Part shown: one piece after another, positions 52,894 through 64,000 of the stretch
How positions within the stretch are numbered: the stretch's first letter is position 1
Layout of the letters: every line of letters begins with the position of its first letter
Source: Dicyema japonicum
Lineage: Eukaryota; Animalia; Dicyemida
Direction of reading: 5' to 3'
Length of the DNA: 64,000 bases
Assembly (NCBI GenBank): GCA_011109175.1
Contig: RDEW01000020.1
Span: 1,059,418 to 1,123,417 of the forward strand
The notes under the pieces: model-generated
Databases searched by the model: none
What the model was told of the DNA's origin: nothing
The model's input: the letters and a program-made list of their open reading frames with translations, nothing else
Program-made: the position numbers and the translations under genes

Positions 52894-53868
52894 TTTTTGG
52901 GTTATTATTTACTTTTAATGTTTCTATATAAGTTAGTTATATGTGCATGGTTATGTATTCTGGGGGATAATAGGAAATTATTGTCTAAATCCTCTTCTGT
53001 CCAAAAAGTGTTCCATGGAGAGTTTTAGTATTCGCGATCTAAACCATACCTCTATTCTCCTCACTAATTCCTTTAGTCTCCCTTTGAAAGCGCATGTGAC
53101 TTGGACATATTATGACATCAGCCGCATAAATCGGTGGTCTCGTAGTTGAAAAGGTCGGATTTGCAATTGTCTGAGGGATAATGGAAGATGATGTAGGATT
53201 GCTTGTTCCCCCTAACTCGTAACGATGTAAAATGTAAACTTTCTGTGGTAGCATTCACTAATACAAAATTGCGTGATTTATATTGGATTTGTAGTACGTG
53301 CATATTGGGGGTTGTTTATTTATGCCTTAAAGAATCAGGAATATTTGTAGATCGGCTTGATATGTTGTTGGCTAGCTCGTTATTTCTAAGACGCTATGTT
53401 ACATTTTTTATGAAAAGATAACAAATTAATAGGTATCTCAAACACGGGCAACTAGACTTGATCAAAACTGGGGCGGATTACCTTTTCTTTGGTTGATATG
53501 AAAAGTAATCCTTGTTGTGTTATGTTCAGTATATAAACGTTTTATAAACTCCATGTGGTGATCTCAGTCCACTTGTCTAATATTGAAGGCCAGGAAAAAC
53601 ATCGACTGTTTTTTCGAAACCATACAGATTTTTCATCTGTGTATGTGGTCACTCCCAATATCCGTCGAAAAACTGGATGCTCCGCGTTAGATAAGGTGCG
53701 GAACCAGGAAAACTCCTGCCTTGTCTCCATGAAGGTTCATTTTCGATAGATTTATTCCCCATGCGTTGCAATTTATTTAAGTAATAATGGGGTCACCGAG
53801 AAAGAAAGACAATAAAAGGTCAAACTATTAGGTGACCCCTTTCACCAAGATCAGTCATATCATCCTTT

Positions 53869-53945
53869 GTCTAGATCAGTGGTTCTCAACCTTTTTTGGT
53901 CGTGGACCCCTTGTGAGTGAATAAAAAAATTTGCGGACCCCAACA
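53869..53945 (+). mobile_element. hAT-Charlie/Buster-type left terminus
   Basis: CAGTGGTTCTCAACCTT TIR at 53877, preceded by target GTCTAGAT (NTCTAGAN); no partner end found. Confidence 0.65.
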
Positions 53946-54039
53946 TATTTTTACAAGTTTTTTGTCAAAAAATTATTACTTTTCTAAAAACAATTTATAT
54001 GTACCCATTTTATTTAACAAACAATAAAAAAGTTAATAT

Positions 54040-55590
54040 ATTTAATAATCAACAACCTTCCTAACCTGCCTGTTCGCCAGGTTCGATTCTGGTTTCTGAA
54101 ACAACTCCGATAGCGATTTGTCCAATTGAACCATCTTCCTATATGGCATCTCAGAGTTCTGCTCTTATACTCCAGTGTCAGGCTCTCTAGGGTCCGCTTT
54201 AACACAGTGGACTGTAGATAGGCCTGGAGCTTCCTATCTACCCCAACTGCTTTAGATAACCCTTGTGGTGCTTTGTTGCAATTCCTTCCCACGTCATTAC
54301 TATAGGAATAACAAGGACCTTGCAACCAAGCATCTGCCCCATCTCGTTTGCAAGAAAGTCATACTTCCTTTTTTTCTCCACCTCCACAGTCTGCAAACGG
54401 TCTTAAGACGTGATGCCAACCTCTATGATAAGGACTTGGCCAGACTCCTTATCGTGTACCACAATGTCCGGCTTATTGTACTTGATTAGCAACGAGGTTC
54501 GGATAACACTGTCCACCTTTATTTGGACCCTTGTGTTCTCTACTACAGATTGCACCTTATGAGTCCGCAACTTTCTAGTGTGGCGAATACTTATTGCATA
54601 GTAGAAGATGAAGACTCCTTACTACCTCGTTATGCCTCCACACATATTCGTGGCAGAGCATGGATCCACATCGAGTGGCTAAATAACTTACAGTGGGGAC
54701 ATGTATTTGTTGATCTACCCCAAAAAATATTGCGATCTTGCATATACGTGTACAGCGCCTCCGATCGAGGTGAGTTGTCTCCGTATTTTAGCCATATTGT
54801 CGACGACTTAAGGTCGACATGTGAGTTGTCCAATGCTCTGAAGAGGACCTTATGAAGGCTTTTTAAGTTGATCTTTCCATCAAATTATTATATTGTAATT
54901 CGATCAACGCCTTCACATTTACTAGCCTAACATCATCAACACCATACTTAGCAGATAAAAAAGGTCTGATAGTTCCTAGGTGGGTTGCCCGTAAATTTCT
55001 CGGTCGTTATTATGGCGTGCTTCCTAGCAGACACACTTGACCCAGCTATCAGGGTATCGTGCATTCGCATAAGAATACGCTCACTTAGTTGGACTACTCC
55101 ACACATTTACGGCCGAATTTATTACCGAGTAAATATAGTCTCTCCTTATTGGCTGTCAGCACATGTACATGGTTCTCTCTGAGTACTCCACGGATCATAC
55201 CATACATCTCATCATACTCTTTGGGCTCAAACTCCACAACACCTATGTACTAGTTTAGTAGGGAGACTGCATTCTCATTTAATGCTAGGAAAAAATTCCT
55301 TGCATTTAGAGACATCCTACGTAATAAAGCTGCTCTTCTACGAATGCCTTCAGTAATTTTTCGCTTTGTCTCAGGCATTATAAAGGACTTTGGAGTTTCG
55401 GTAACATCCAGATATTTACTTTCTTCGTGTCCCCCTCGGACTCTTACTAACTCGCTACATATTTGCATGTTAGTCACAAACTTGGAATAATTCAAGTCTA
55501 GTTCTATACTCTCAAAGACACAGAACCCCTGGGAGAAGAGCTCCTCGGCTGTTCGAGCATACATCTTCAGGTCATCGATAATGTATTGGG
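54040..55590 (-). mobile_element. R4/Dong-like RLE non-LTR retrotransposon, 5'-truncated, decayed
   Basis: IIDDLKMYA; LNARNFFLALNE; WLKYG..PRSEA...QDRNIFW..CPHC; HNEV; YNKPDIVVHDK...IIEVGIT..EKKRKY..LANE..IPIVMTWEG. Confidence 0.85.
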
Positions 55591-55617
55591 TTTAATAAGA
55601 CATCTACGATTAAATTT

Positions 55618-55990
55618 TCATGCCGGATGACTCGCCTACGTGGTGGCATCGCTCTCTTGAAGTGTTGGAAAAGAGTCTTAAACTCCCTATCCCGCAACCA
55701 TGGAGGTGCGTATGGTGTCGGATCCTGCTCCTTTCCTGTGGAGATGTCGAGGAAAATCCTGGACCAGATCTATTCATAATACAAATTAACATAAAATTGG
55801 AATTCTTAAGGCTTTTACGCACCCATCGTTAGAGCTTCTATACAAAGAATTTGTTCTACTGAGTATCGAGTGCGCCTGTGCTGCATGGATTATCCCTTTA
55901 TCACTATCGCACAGAGCAAGCTGGAAGTGTTATTTAGGGTCCTGGCTCAATGCCTTCCCATACGAGCATTTGGTACTCGACTAAAATACA
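55618..55990 (+). mobile_element. Internally deleted Ingi/Vingi-like LINE with intact 2A peptide
   Basis: RILLLSCGDVEENPGP (DVEENPGP = 55743-55766), APE start LFIIQINI, then a jump to post-RT LLYKEFV...KLEV. Confidence 0.85.
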
Positions 55991-56049
55991 ATCCGCGTTT
56001 GAGTTACTCTTTGGCTAGGCCTTGACGTCTGCTTGCATCACCAATGCCG

Positions 56050-56390
56050 ATGTGATGGTTGAAGGGAAAAGATAGGGGTGCGTCATACACGGATACTATT
56101 AAATGGGAATTTGCTCAAGTCATCGTTGCACACGGTTCCAGAGCAAGCACTGTTGAGTGTTTGAAAAGCAGAAGGTACCACTGCATCGTTGACCGGTTCA
56201 TTTTCCAGCCAATCACGTTAAGACATTTGGCGTCATTGGTCCGAGCACGTCTTTAGCATAAGAATGAACCTAGATGATGCAATGGCTTTTCCAGAACATT
56301 GGGATTGCAGTTATGAGTGGTAACTCCCATTGTGTGCTTAAAGCATGCAGACCATAATGGAGACCTGTCACAACAACTTTATTTTATTAA
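56050..56390 (+). mobile_element. CRE RLE C-terminal fragment
   Basis: YTDT, KSRRYH..DRFIFQPI, WLFQNIGIAVMSGNSH. Confidence 0.75.
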
Positions 56391-57579
56391 TAAAAATTAA
56401 TTTAAATGTTCAAATAAAAGCATTACGGAAAGTAGTGTTTGACTGGGCGTAAAATACAATGATTGCATTCTTATTGGTAGTATTAGTGAGTGAATATGAG
56501 TTACCTAATAATAAATTAATGACTGACCTGCCTTTACGTTAAAATACGAATATTGGTTTGCCTGTGTTGGAGGACTGTCATTTATTTGTAATTTTACTGA
56601 TCCTTCGTTTATAACACATGACTATGTTATAATAATAATAACTAGGTCTATGTTGTCCAAATTGCACATTTCTTTCCTTTTTGAACCATATATTATCATC
56701 TCCCCTGAGGCTATTCCATTTCTTCCACTCATGGGAAACATGAATATTTCGTACGAGTCACATTTGTGGTGCAAATCATTTTTGTTAAGAACGTGACCTG
56801 TCAGTTAATCGAAATTACAACATTTTGATGAAATCTTTGTTTTCTTCTTAGACCGTGCATCCTTCTAAAAATAACAATAATCACACCACCATATTTAAAA
56901 ACGAACCGCCTTTTATTATTTAAATTATTTAGTATAAATATTATTTAATTAATTATAATATATTATTAGCCACGCAGTCAGGGCAGCCGCTAAATAACCG
57001 TTTACTCTTTTTTACAAATAAAATCTACAGAAATCGTCACCTCAATTGACAAGATATATTATTTATCCAAATCATTGAAAATTATCTAATTCAAAATTTC
57101 TTGTCTAAAGACATAATACAGACCAATATCCATACTATGTACTTCTTAGATCAAGTTCACCCACATCTTTCCGTGGTACCATTGACAGCACGGTTTGAAA
57201 AAGACTTATCGGCTATTAAACATTATTGAAAAGGGTCAATTTTACCTTGGATGGTCTCCAATCAAACCTTTGCCTCCTGAAAACTTTAATTTAGTGATTT
57301 TATAAGGTTTTTAATTCTGTTTCAGAAAATCTTTATGATAAAGAGTTTCTTGAAATTCAAAACATTCAAATGATTGTTTGATAACTTAACAACGACCTAC
57401 TAATACTATTATACAGATGACACGATCCTTACATTGACAACTGTGTCTAACAACCAGCTGGATATAAAAAACAACGAGATATTTAATTTATTAACTCAGG
57501 GAATTACACTAGAGTTTTCTGTAAGGCTTCGATTTGAAGAATGCCTGATTTTACCAAAAACACATCTGCTCTCATTTGA

Positions 57580-57978
57580 AGGACCAACCAGTAGGAATTT
57601 CGTGGGATCACACAAAGTATATAATAAACGAAGCAGCAAGCCAGTACCTCGGCACGCGGGAGATGGCCAGTAAGGTCGGACGACACATACAGAACTAGTA
57701 AAGAAGCTAGCAAAGGAGTTAAAAGAAATCCATACAAAAAAAACTAAACGAAAAAGACACTCCTCCAATGCAAAACGGTTTCGTGGAAGACCAGAACTAC
57801 CCTCCCGGTCGTTCTACAAAACGATCTGAAAGCCGTGAAGAAAACATTGGCATCTGGTGACGATCTGGACTCACTGAGGGACCTAGCAAAGAACAGAAGA
57901 GTTTGGAGCAACCTAACTAATTCTCATATTTTTTGCTGCACATAAATATTATGGCTCTCGTGAAAGTGCTAATAATAT
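57580..57978 (+). mobile_element. RTE 3' fragment
   Basis: RWPV, FRGRPELP, DDLDSLRDLAKNRRVW; terminal ggctctcgtgaaagtgctaataat. Confidence 0.75.
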
Positions 57979-58235
57979 CAATTTCTACTTCAAATATAAG
58001 GACTTGCGACTGTGAACGTGCTTCACATTACTTTAATATTTCCAAGTGTTGTAGTAAGAATATTTAATCTTTTAATGACAACCTCTCCGCTGGAGTAAAG
58101 AAGAGAAAGATCCTTTTTGGAAACCAGCAGGTAAATGACATTTTTGATTTGTGTGGATTCAATGACATTTTTAGGAATTGAAGAAGGCAAGAAAAAAACC
58201 CAAAGACAATAAATAAACCCATTTATTGTTAAATA

Positions 58236-59795
58236 TTACTCAAATTCGTTAATTGTGTAGTTTAAAACTGATTTTTGAATATAATTAAGGGAGTCAAAAA
58301 AATCAGAATTATCATAGTTTATTCTAAACAGACCTTCAAATTTTTTACTATTTTCAATCAAGTAAATTGCTTTGTCGTATTGCTTGGATTCCACAATATA
58401 CGATAGGACAGGATTTACATCGTTGTTACATTTTTCCAACATTGTACAGATCCTGGGAGTTATATTCACCCTTGTGTGTCACAGTTCGAATACCTTTTAT
58501 TCAAAATTACTTGTTTCAGTAATTTATGATCATTATTTTCAAGTAAGTACTCAACAAGACACTCTGATAGTTCTCTACTCCACTTTATCTGTTCGTAGCT
58601 TCCATTCGCTAGAGCTTCACAATATAGCATCCCCACGTGGTTAGTGTCCGAGGCTTCTAATAATAAGGAAAATAACTACCATTTTTAAATTTATTGAAAA
58701 TATCAACATTTCTGAGAATAGGACAGTGAACTGCTATTAAAGCAGCCTTTTTGTATTTTTTACCGTCAAAGTGATGATAAAACAGTTTTATATATTTGTT
58801 GATGTTTTCCTGCATTTTTTCATAATTTATATCCAATTCGTCTATAATTAATACATTTTACGCCTATTTCTAGGAGATCCTGGGTTTTTATTGAATCACA
58901 GAGATTACCGACTATATTGATGTTGGATGGAAGCCCACTCTCGATGTGACTTTTAGCAATATTGATCACATTCATCATTTTTTCTTCTCGGCACTTTAGA
59001 ATCCGGTTTTGGGCCAACAATTTGTCTCGTTCTTTGGTAGTGTCCACCAAAAAGTCAATGCCAGTTGTCCACTCGTCATTTGAAACAAAATATCTCTTCT
59101 TAAAATTCAACTTTTCTAACTCCTGGTCGATCCTCACACCTTTTTCGATTAAATACTCAATGTCAGCGTCTTTCTCATCAGAAATTTCTTAACTAAAGAA
59201 ACATGGAGATACTTAAGTGACCCGGCCCTGACGGATTGTTCCTTTCCCTTCGTAGATTGTAAATTTTCTCATTTTGACTGTCAACCAAGTTTTGAACAAA
59301 CTCACAATCTAGTTTCAGGTTGTTATTCTCAGATTTTAAATCATCATATCTGGTGGATGAAGCAAATGTAAACTTTTCTTGTAGGTCTTCATAGGCATCT
59401 TGATAGTTTTGATTATTTTGATGATTGAGGAGTATCCTGCAGGAGCTTTTCATTCCTTAACTGAATTTCGTTTCTGATGTGTTTGAAAAATTCGTTATAC
59501 TCGGTGTTGATTTTCTGACATATTTTTTTATAGTTTCTCATTTCACCAATCAACTTTGGTAATGTCATGACTTACAATTTCAAATTGTTCGTTTGTCTCA
59601 ACTATTATTTCTTGATAGTCTTTATCCCCAATCAGGGAGTTTAGGTTTTCCTGTATTTTGTAGTAATTCCTTAACATTGCCTATTAGAATCCCCTTGGTT
59701 ACACTACGATTATTACTTTCTATAATTATTCATAAATTTATTACTGCATAGTCCTTGGCAACCACTTGGGTCTCCTGTTCGTAATGGAAACTCAC
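58236..59795 (-). CDS. Unknown coiled-coil protein with helical C-terminus; 5' end abuts a LINE tail
   Basis: Track ORFs 59193-59453, 58820-59137 and 58236-58469 join in frame through 22-29 nt introns, including GC-AG 58842-58863; first in-frame ATG at 59677, but the frame stays open up to the LINE. Confidence 0.6.
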
Positions 59796-59796
59796 T

Positions 59797-61870
59797 ATTT
59801 ATTTATTGAAAAACCCAAAGACCACCAATCAATTCGCTAAATTAATTTATCTTAGCCTCCAACATCTCTCGATTTCTCTTCTAATGCTTTGCCAACCGTG
59901 TTCCTGAAGTGTCTTCATTTATTTCTGCAAAGGAATTCTATCGGAGTGCACTTTTTAATGCCAATCTGAATTCCTACACATGAACCGCTCTCTCTGAATA
60001 GGATTCCTAGCTCCTTGCATATATGTAGTAAGCCCTGGCCATTTCTTACCGTCGCCTTTTCTGAAAGGAGAATGTGGACGGATATGGTGTCTGATTGCAT
60101 ATTTCGCATGATTCTCCGCCTGAGAGAGTTAATACGCTCGACCCTCGTAGAAGGAATAGCGAATCTCCTAGCATAACAGGCATATTCAACCGTCAGCACA
60201 ATGACTAGAAGATATAATTTGCTGATACAAGCAGTAGGTGGGAAGGGGCTCGTCTTTATAATGGCTTTTAATACGTTCCATTTTCAAAGACCTTTGGTTA
60301 ATAAATAAATAGAGACCCTTGGTTAAAATTTCCTCCATGTGACTGGAGAACGTCATAAGAGAGTCGATTGTCACTCAAAGGAAGGAGACTTGTCCTTGCA
60401 GCAATAATTAGGTCGTCCGCGTAAGATAAAAACAGTGTCCTGATCATGATAGTAGATAAATCGTGTAGAAATATGTTAAATAAGAGAGGAGACAGAAAGG
60501 AGCTTTGTGGGACCCCATTCGGGAGTAATCTTGATTTTGAAGTAATTTTTCCAATTCGGACTCTTCCACGTCGGCCTTTTAAAGAAATTTTCAATCCATA
60601 GCATGATGTTCGGATGTAAGTTTTTAGTTTAAGATCTTCTTTGTTAGGAGTGTCATCGGAACCGTGTAGAAGGCTTTCTGTATATCTATAGACATCAGAG
60701 CCGTCCGTAAGTGCGTCTTCATGTTGAAGACGTCTGTGATGAACTGGGAAACAGATTCCTAATGCGTCGTTGTAGAACGGCTAGATCTGAAGCCATGTTG
60801 AAAATCAGGAAATTGTAGAACTGAAAAGATTAACATTAGTACAAGTTTTTTTAACACTTTTGACAAGGCATAAGTTATAGAGACATGGTGGTAAAAGGAT
60901 GGTCTTTTGATTTTACAGGCTTGAAGATTGGAGTAATTCTTCCATATATTTGGTATTGTGTGGGAATTTATAAAATAGTTATACAGTCTTGATAACATGA
61001 TAAAGTCATTGGTGTTTGATATGACAACACCAATGCACAGACACAGACACCGTCGGGGCCACAGGCTCGGGTAGAAATTCTTTTTCACATCGTAGGTAGT
61101 GAAGAATGTAGTATATCCTGTCTTTGTGGACCACATCGTTTGTCATGCAGAGAGCAAAAGAATTTCTGGCTGATCGACAAATAGTATTTCATAAGGTTAT
61201 TAGCAATTTTCCGTGCGTGTTACGGGACAAGGGTAACGATTTCTACTCCGCCTCCATCTTTCTTTATGAGGCTGTTGATACTTCTTAATGTCTTCCAGAA
61301 GGTTCCAAATGTGTTCTTGTGGCATATTTGACTAACAAGCCGGCTCTACTAGTGTCTGGTTAGCACGAATTAGTCGGGAAATTCTGTGATTTTGAGAGCG
61401 TATGGACTATATAGAGCCATCTGATTGCATTCCGGTTTTCTTCAAAGCATCCCGTTTCTTGATAAATTCCAGAATGCCCGAAAATAGTTTCGGATAGAAT
61501 TTTATGTAAGAGGATAATGGGATGAACATTCATTTCGAATAACTTGACATTGTGGCTGTCTTGTCAACAGGGAAGTCTTCCACAGCGAGGCCCAATAGAT
61601 AATTATTCACATATGTGCTGAATCCAAACCAATTTGCCTTCGAATAGTTTTTGAACTTTGTAGAACATCTTGGCAGATAAATAGATCTTTTGAGTTTCAA
61701 CACAATTGGGTTATGGTCGCTTGTAAAACCATAACTTAGGTTCTACATCACCAGACAGAGTAGTAAAGAGAAAACGGGGGAATTGGTAGGCCACCCTTCT
61801 GAAGGTCTTAGAAGGGTAGAGAAGGTCGAACGGTTTTCTTCCATCACATGTTTTGACGTTAAAGTAGAGA
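59797..61870 (-). mobile_element. Ingi/Vingi-like LINE, APE largely deleted, no RNase H seen
   Basis: Leader MEENRSTF..., truncated 2A SGDVEPK, SDHNPI, KANW, QHGFRSSRSTTTH, IDIQKAF, NGVPQSSFLSPLLFN, YADD; tail aataaataaat. Confidence 0.82.
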
Positions 61871-62207
61871 ATATAGAAATCATCAAAATCTCAATCCCTG
61901 TAACTACCTGTCTGGTAAATGAGCCACTATATAGAAAAATTAGTTTCAAAGAACTGACTGTTTTACTCAGATACTCTGTCTACTCAAATATGTTCCCAAA
62001 ATTATAGATTGATGGTTCGGACTCTCTCAGAGACCAGTCAGATGTATATATATAAAATGCATTGAACTAACTTAATTTTTAACAAAAAAAGTTAAGTGCA
62101 TAAAAATATAAGAAAATTTAATTCAAAGTTATAATGTTCAATGATGGTGAGATTTCTTGAGATTTTGTTTTTTCTGTCCCAAATTTGAATCATTGTTGAC
62201 GGATTCT

Positions 62208-63341
62208 TTCAAAGGCTTGGTCCCCACGTGTGGGTAGTTGTATTGACAGGTTTTGAATATTTTAGAAATCGCTATGATTAAATATAATATTCAAACATAG
62301 GCTGAGTAATCAATTTTTTGAGATTTGATAAACTGAATCAATATATCTTCCCTCTCCAACCTTTCATCTTCCTTGATTACCCGCGTTGTGTAATTGTCTA
62401 ACGGTTGAAATCCAACATTATCTTGTTGGCCCTACCAATCTCAACCGGATGGTACCGATATTTCATTGTTAAAAACATCTATGAGGTAATTGATCAAATT
62501 ATGTGGTAGTTCGTACAGTTTGTCTCCGTTTTGGATCATAAAGTCAACGATATCTATGCAGTCTTTCATATTATTAGTTAAATCAAATTCAATCTGAAAT
62601 TAGGATTAAATATACAGGAAATAATGTCGGAGTAAAAACTATGGCCAAATTCTTACTATTCATATTGGGGGACCGATGACCGATTTCATGGAGGAAACAA
62701 AATAAGTTGAATATTCCACACTGAATATATCTCGGCATTAAACGAATTAAGATTGAGTAAGCAGTCAGTTTGTTGGTTTCTGTACATTCTAAACATTATT
62801 CCTAATATCCCACGTGGTGAAATCAGTCGGACGGCTTCAATAAATTCAAGTGGAATTACTGAAGGCTCAAATGTACGAAGGAGTCGTTTTAGTGCACATG
62901 CCAACTCATGAATGGTAAAGTAGTTTTGCACTTTAAGGAACTCATCTTTTTTCAGCAGGTCAATGATCTTTGTGACCTTATCATTGTTTCCACTCAATCT
63001 GAAGATTCCCTCCATTAAGTAGTCTATGGTAAATTACTCCTATGACTACCCTTAAATGATTTAATTTTGTCCATCATCTGTTGGACTCTACTAATCAACC
63101 TTAATTTAACAGAATCTTCTATGCTTATCTTATATCTCTTACCTTTAACCACCGTTTTTTTATTGCTAAATTTGTGCATCTTTTTCTTTACTGGTACTTT
63201 AATTTCCATGAATTCGTGAACACACTCAACTTCTATGTACTGAAAGGCATGCATCATCATAACAGTCCTATAACTTTCAGGGTAGTTAATCATCATTGAT
63301 ATAATGAACTCTTCAAGCATCAAACTGTTCACAGATAACAT
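62208..63341 (-). CDS. RhoGAP domain protein, ARHGAP19-like; 3' end approximate
   Basis: EGIFRLSG (arginine finger), HELACALKRLLR, NMNSKNLAIVFTPTLF; 22-26 nt introns restore the frame. Confidence 0.85.
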
Positions 63342-63549
63342 TTAATGTAACTGAACGAAATACTCAATTTAAATATAACCGGTTCCTTTACGAATATTAC
63401 TTCCTTAGACTTTGAATGAAATATATAGTGTTCCTTTACAAATATTACTTCCTCAAACTATATTGATTTAATTACTACTATACTAAAATATTATTAATTC
63501 AAACAGCTATAGTAGTTTATTATTTACCAATAAATCAATACTTTACAAA

Positions 63550-64000
63550 AAATGGCCAGTAAGGGTCTGCAAAGGCTTTCCCAGACACTTCTAACCCCTA
63601 CACCAATTGAGGAATTAGTGAGGAAAACCGGAGCCTTACTACCTCTAAAAAAGTCCGTCTCCTCTGTCCAGGTTAACCGGTGGAAGTATGGAGGGGCATC
63701 CAGCAGACTTCAGGGATCGCTTAACAATTCCATTTATCGTATTATGTCTTGGGAATCGTCCTGCAAAAAAGGGCATGATGTCCATAACAGTCGACGGTAC
63801 CACCGCACCGGCACTTGTGAGTCTGGTAAATCTTTAGTCAAAGTCTAATGGAGATACCGGTGCGGACAGTGTCGTCGTAAAGGTTGTTCCCGACGCTTTA
63901 AACTGGGAGGGCATCTTCCAGTGACTAGACAGACACGTCCGTGTTGGTTTGATTGGTTCAGAAGCATCTCTTATTTCACAGAAGGGCTTGTAAAGGTATC
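63550..64000 (-). mobile_element. CRE RLE fragment
   Basis: VRTGISIRL, HKCRCGGTVDCYGHH, GRFPRHNTINGIVKRSL. Confidence 0.8.

Noticed and set aside
52950-53800. HECT-like or other gene remnant on the minus strand
   Set aside because: It looks like decayed coding DNA, but no diagnostic motif could be confirmed
58236-58660. Mic1/RMC1-like domain in the coiled-coil gene C-terminus
   Set aside because: Only a loose helical pattern resemblance; cannot be supported without a profile search
59190-59250. Possible AGIT-type LINE tail insertion (GRVT*)
   Set aside because: Explained more simply as coding exon plus a 25-nt intron that keeps the gene in frame
1-64000. Prokaryotic RT systems (retron, group II intron, DGR, CRISPR-RT)
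   Set aside because: The RTs are fused to APE or RLE domains with TSDs and simple-repeat tails; the context is eukaryotic with spliceosomal introns; no repeat-spacer array is present

Overview
AT-rich eukaryotic DNA, not prokaryotic. Genes are split by very short spliceosomal introns (mostly 20-29 nt). Together with the standard genetic code, metazoan-type genes and an axonemal dynein relic, this points to a dicyemid (Dicyema-like) mesozoan genome; the taxon is an inference. Genes reconstructed by hand-splicing: a large protein with six RTKSG repeats and a C-terminal EF-hand-like region (36124-40566,+), POLDIP2 (-), GCLC (-), a p24/TMED GOLD protein (+), an unknown coiled-coil protein (-) and an ARHGAP19-like RhoGAP (-). 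Decayed, intron-retaining copies of NIPBL/Scc2 and a dynein heavy chain are also present. Roughly half the window is decayed mobile DNA: RTE-clade LINEs, CRE-clade and R4/Dong-like RLE LINEs, Ingi/Vingi-like LINEs, and pogo, Tc1/IS630 and hAT fragments. The strongest signal is an Ingi/Vingi-like LINE family whose 5' end reads: HDV-ribozyme-like Pr77-type motif, short leader peptide, viral-type 2A StopGo peptide (one perfect DVEENPGP and three decayed copies), then APE endonuclease. This is the trypanosome L1Tc/Ingi architecture. Other signals are a TSD-flanked 454-bp mini-RTE, frequent GC-AG tiny introns and an apparently uncharacterised repeat domain. All gene models and family calls come from manual reading and motif recall, with no database search.
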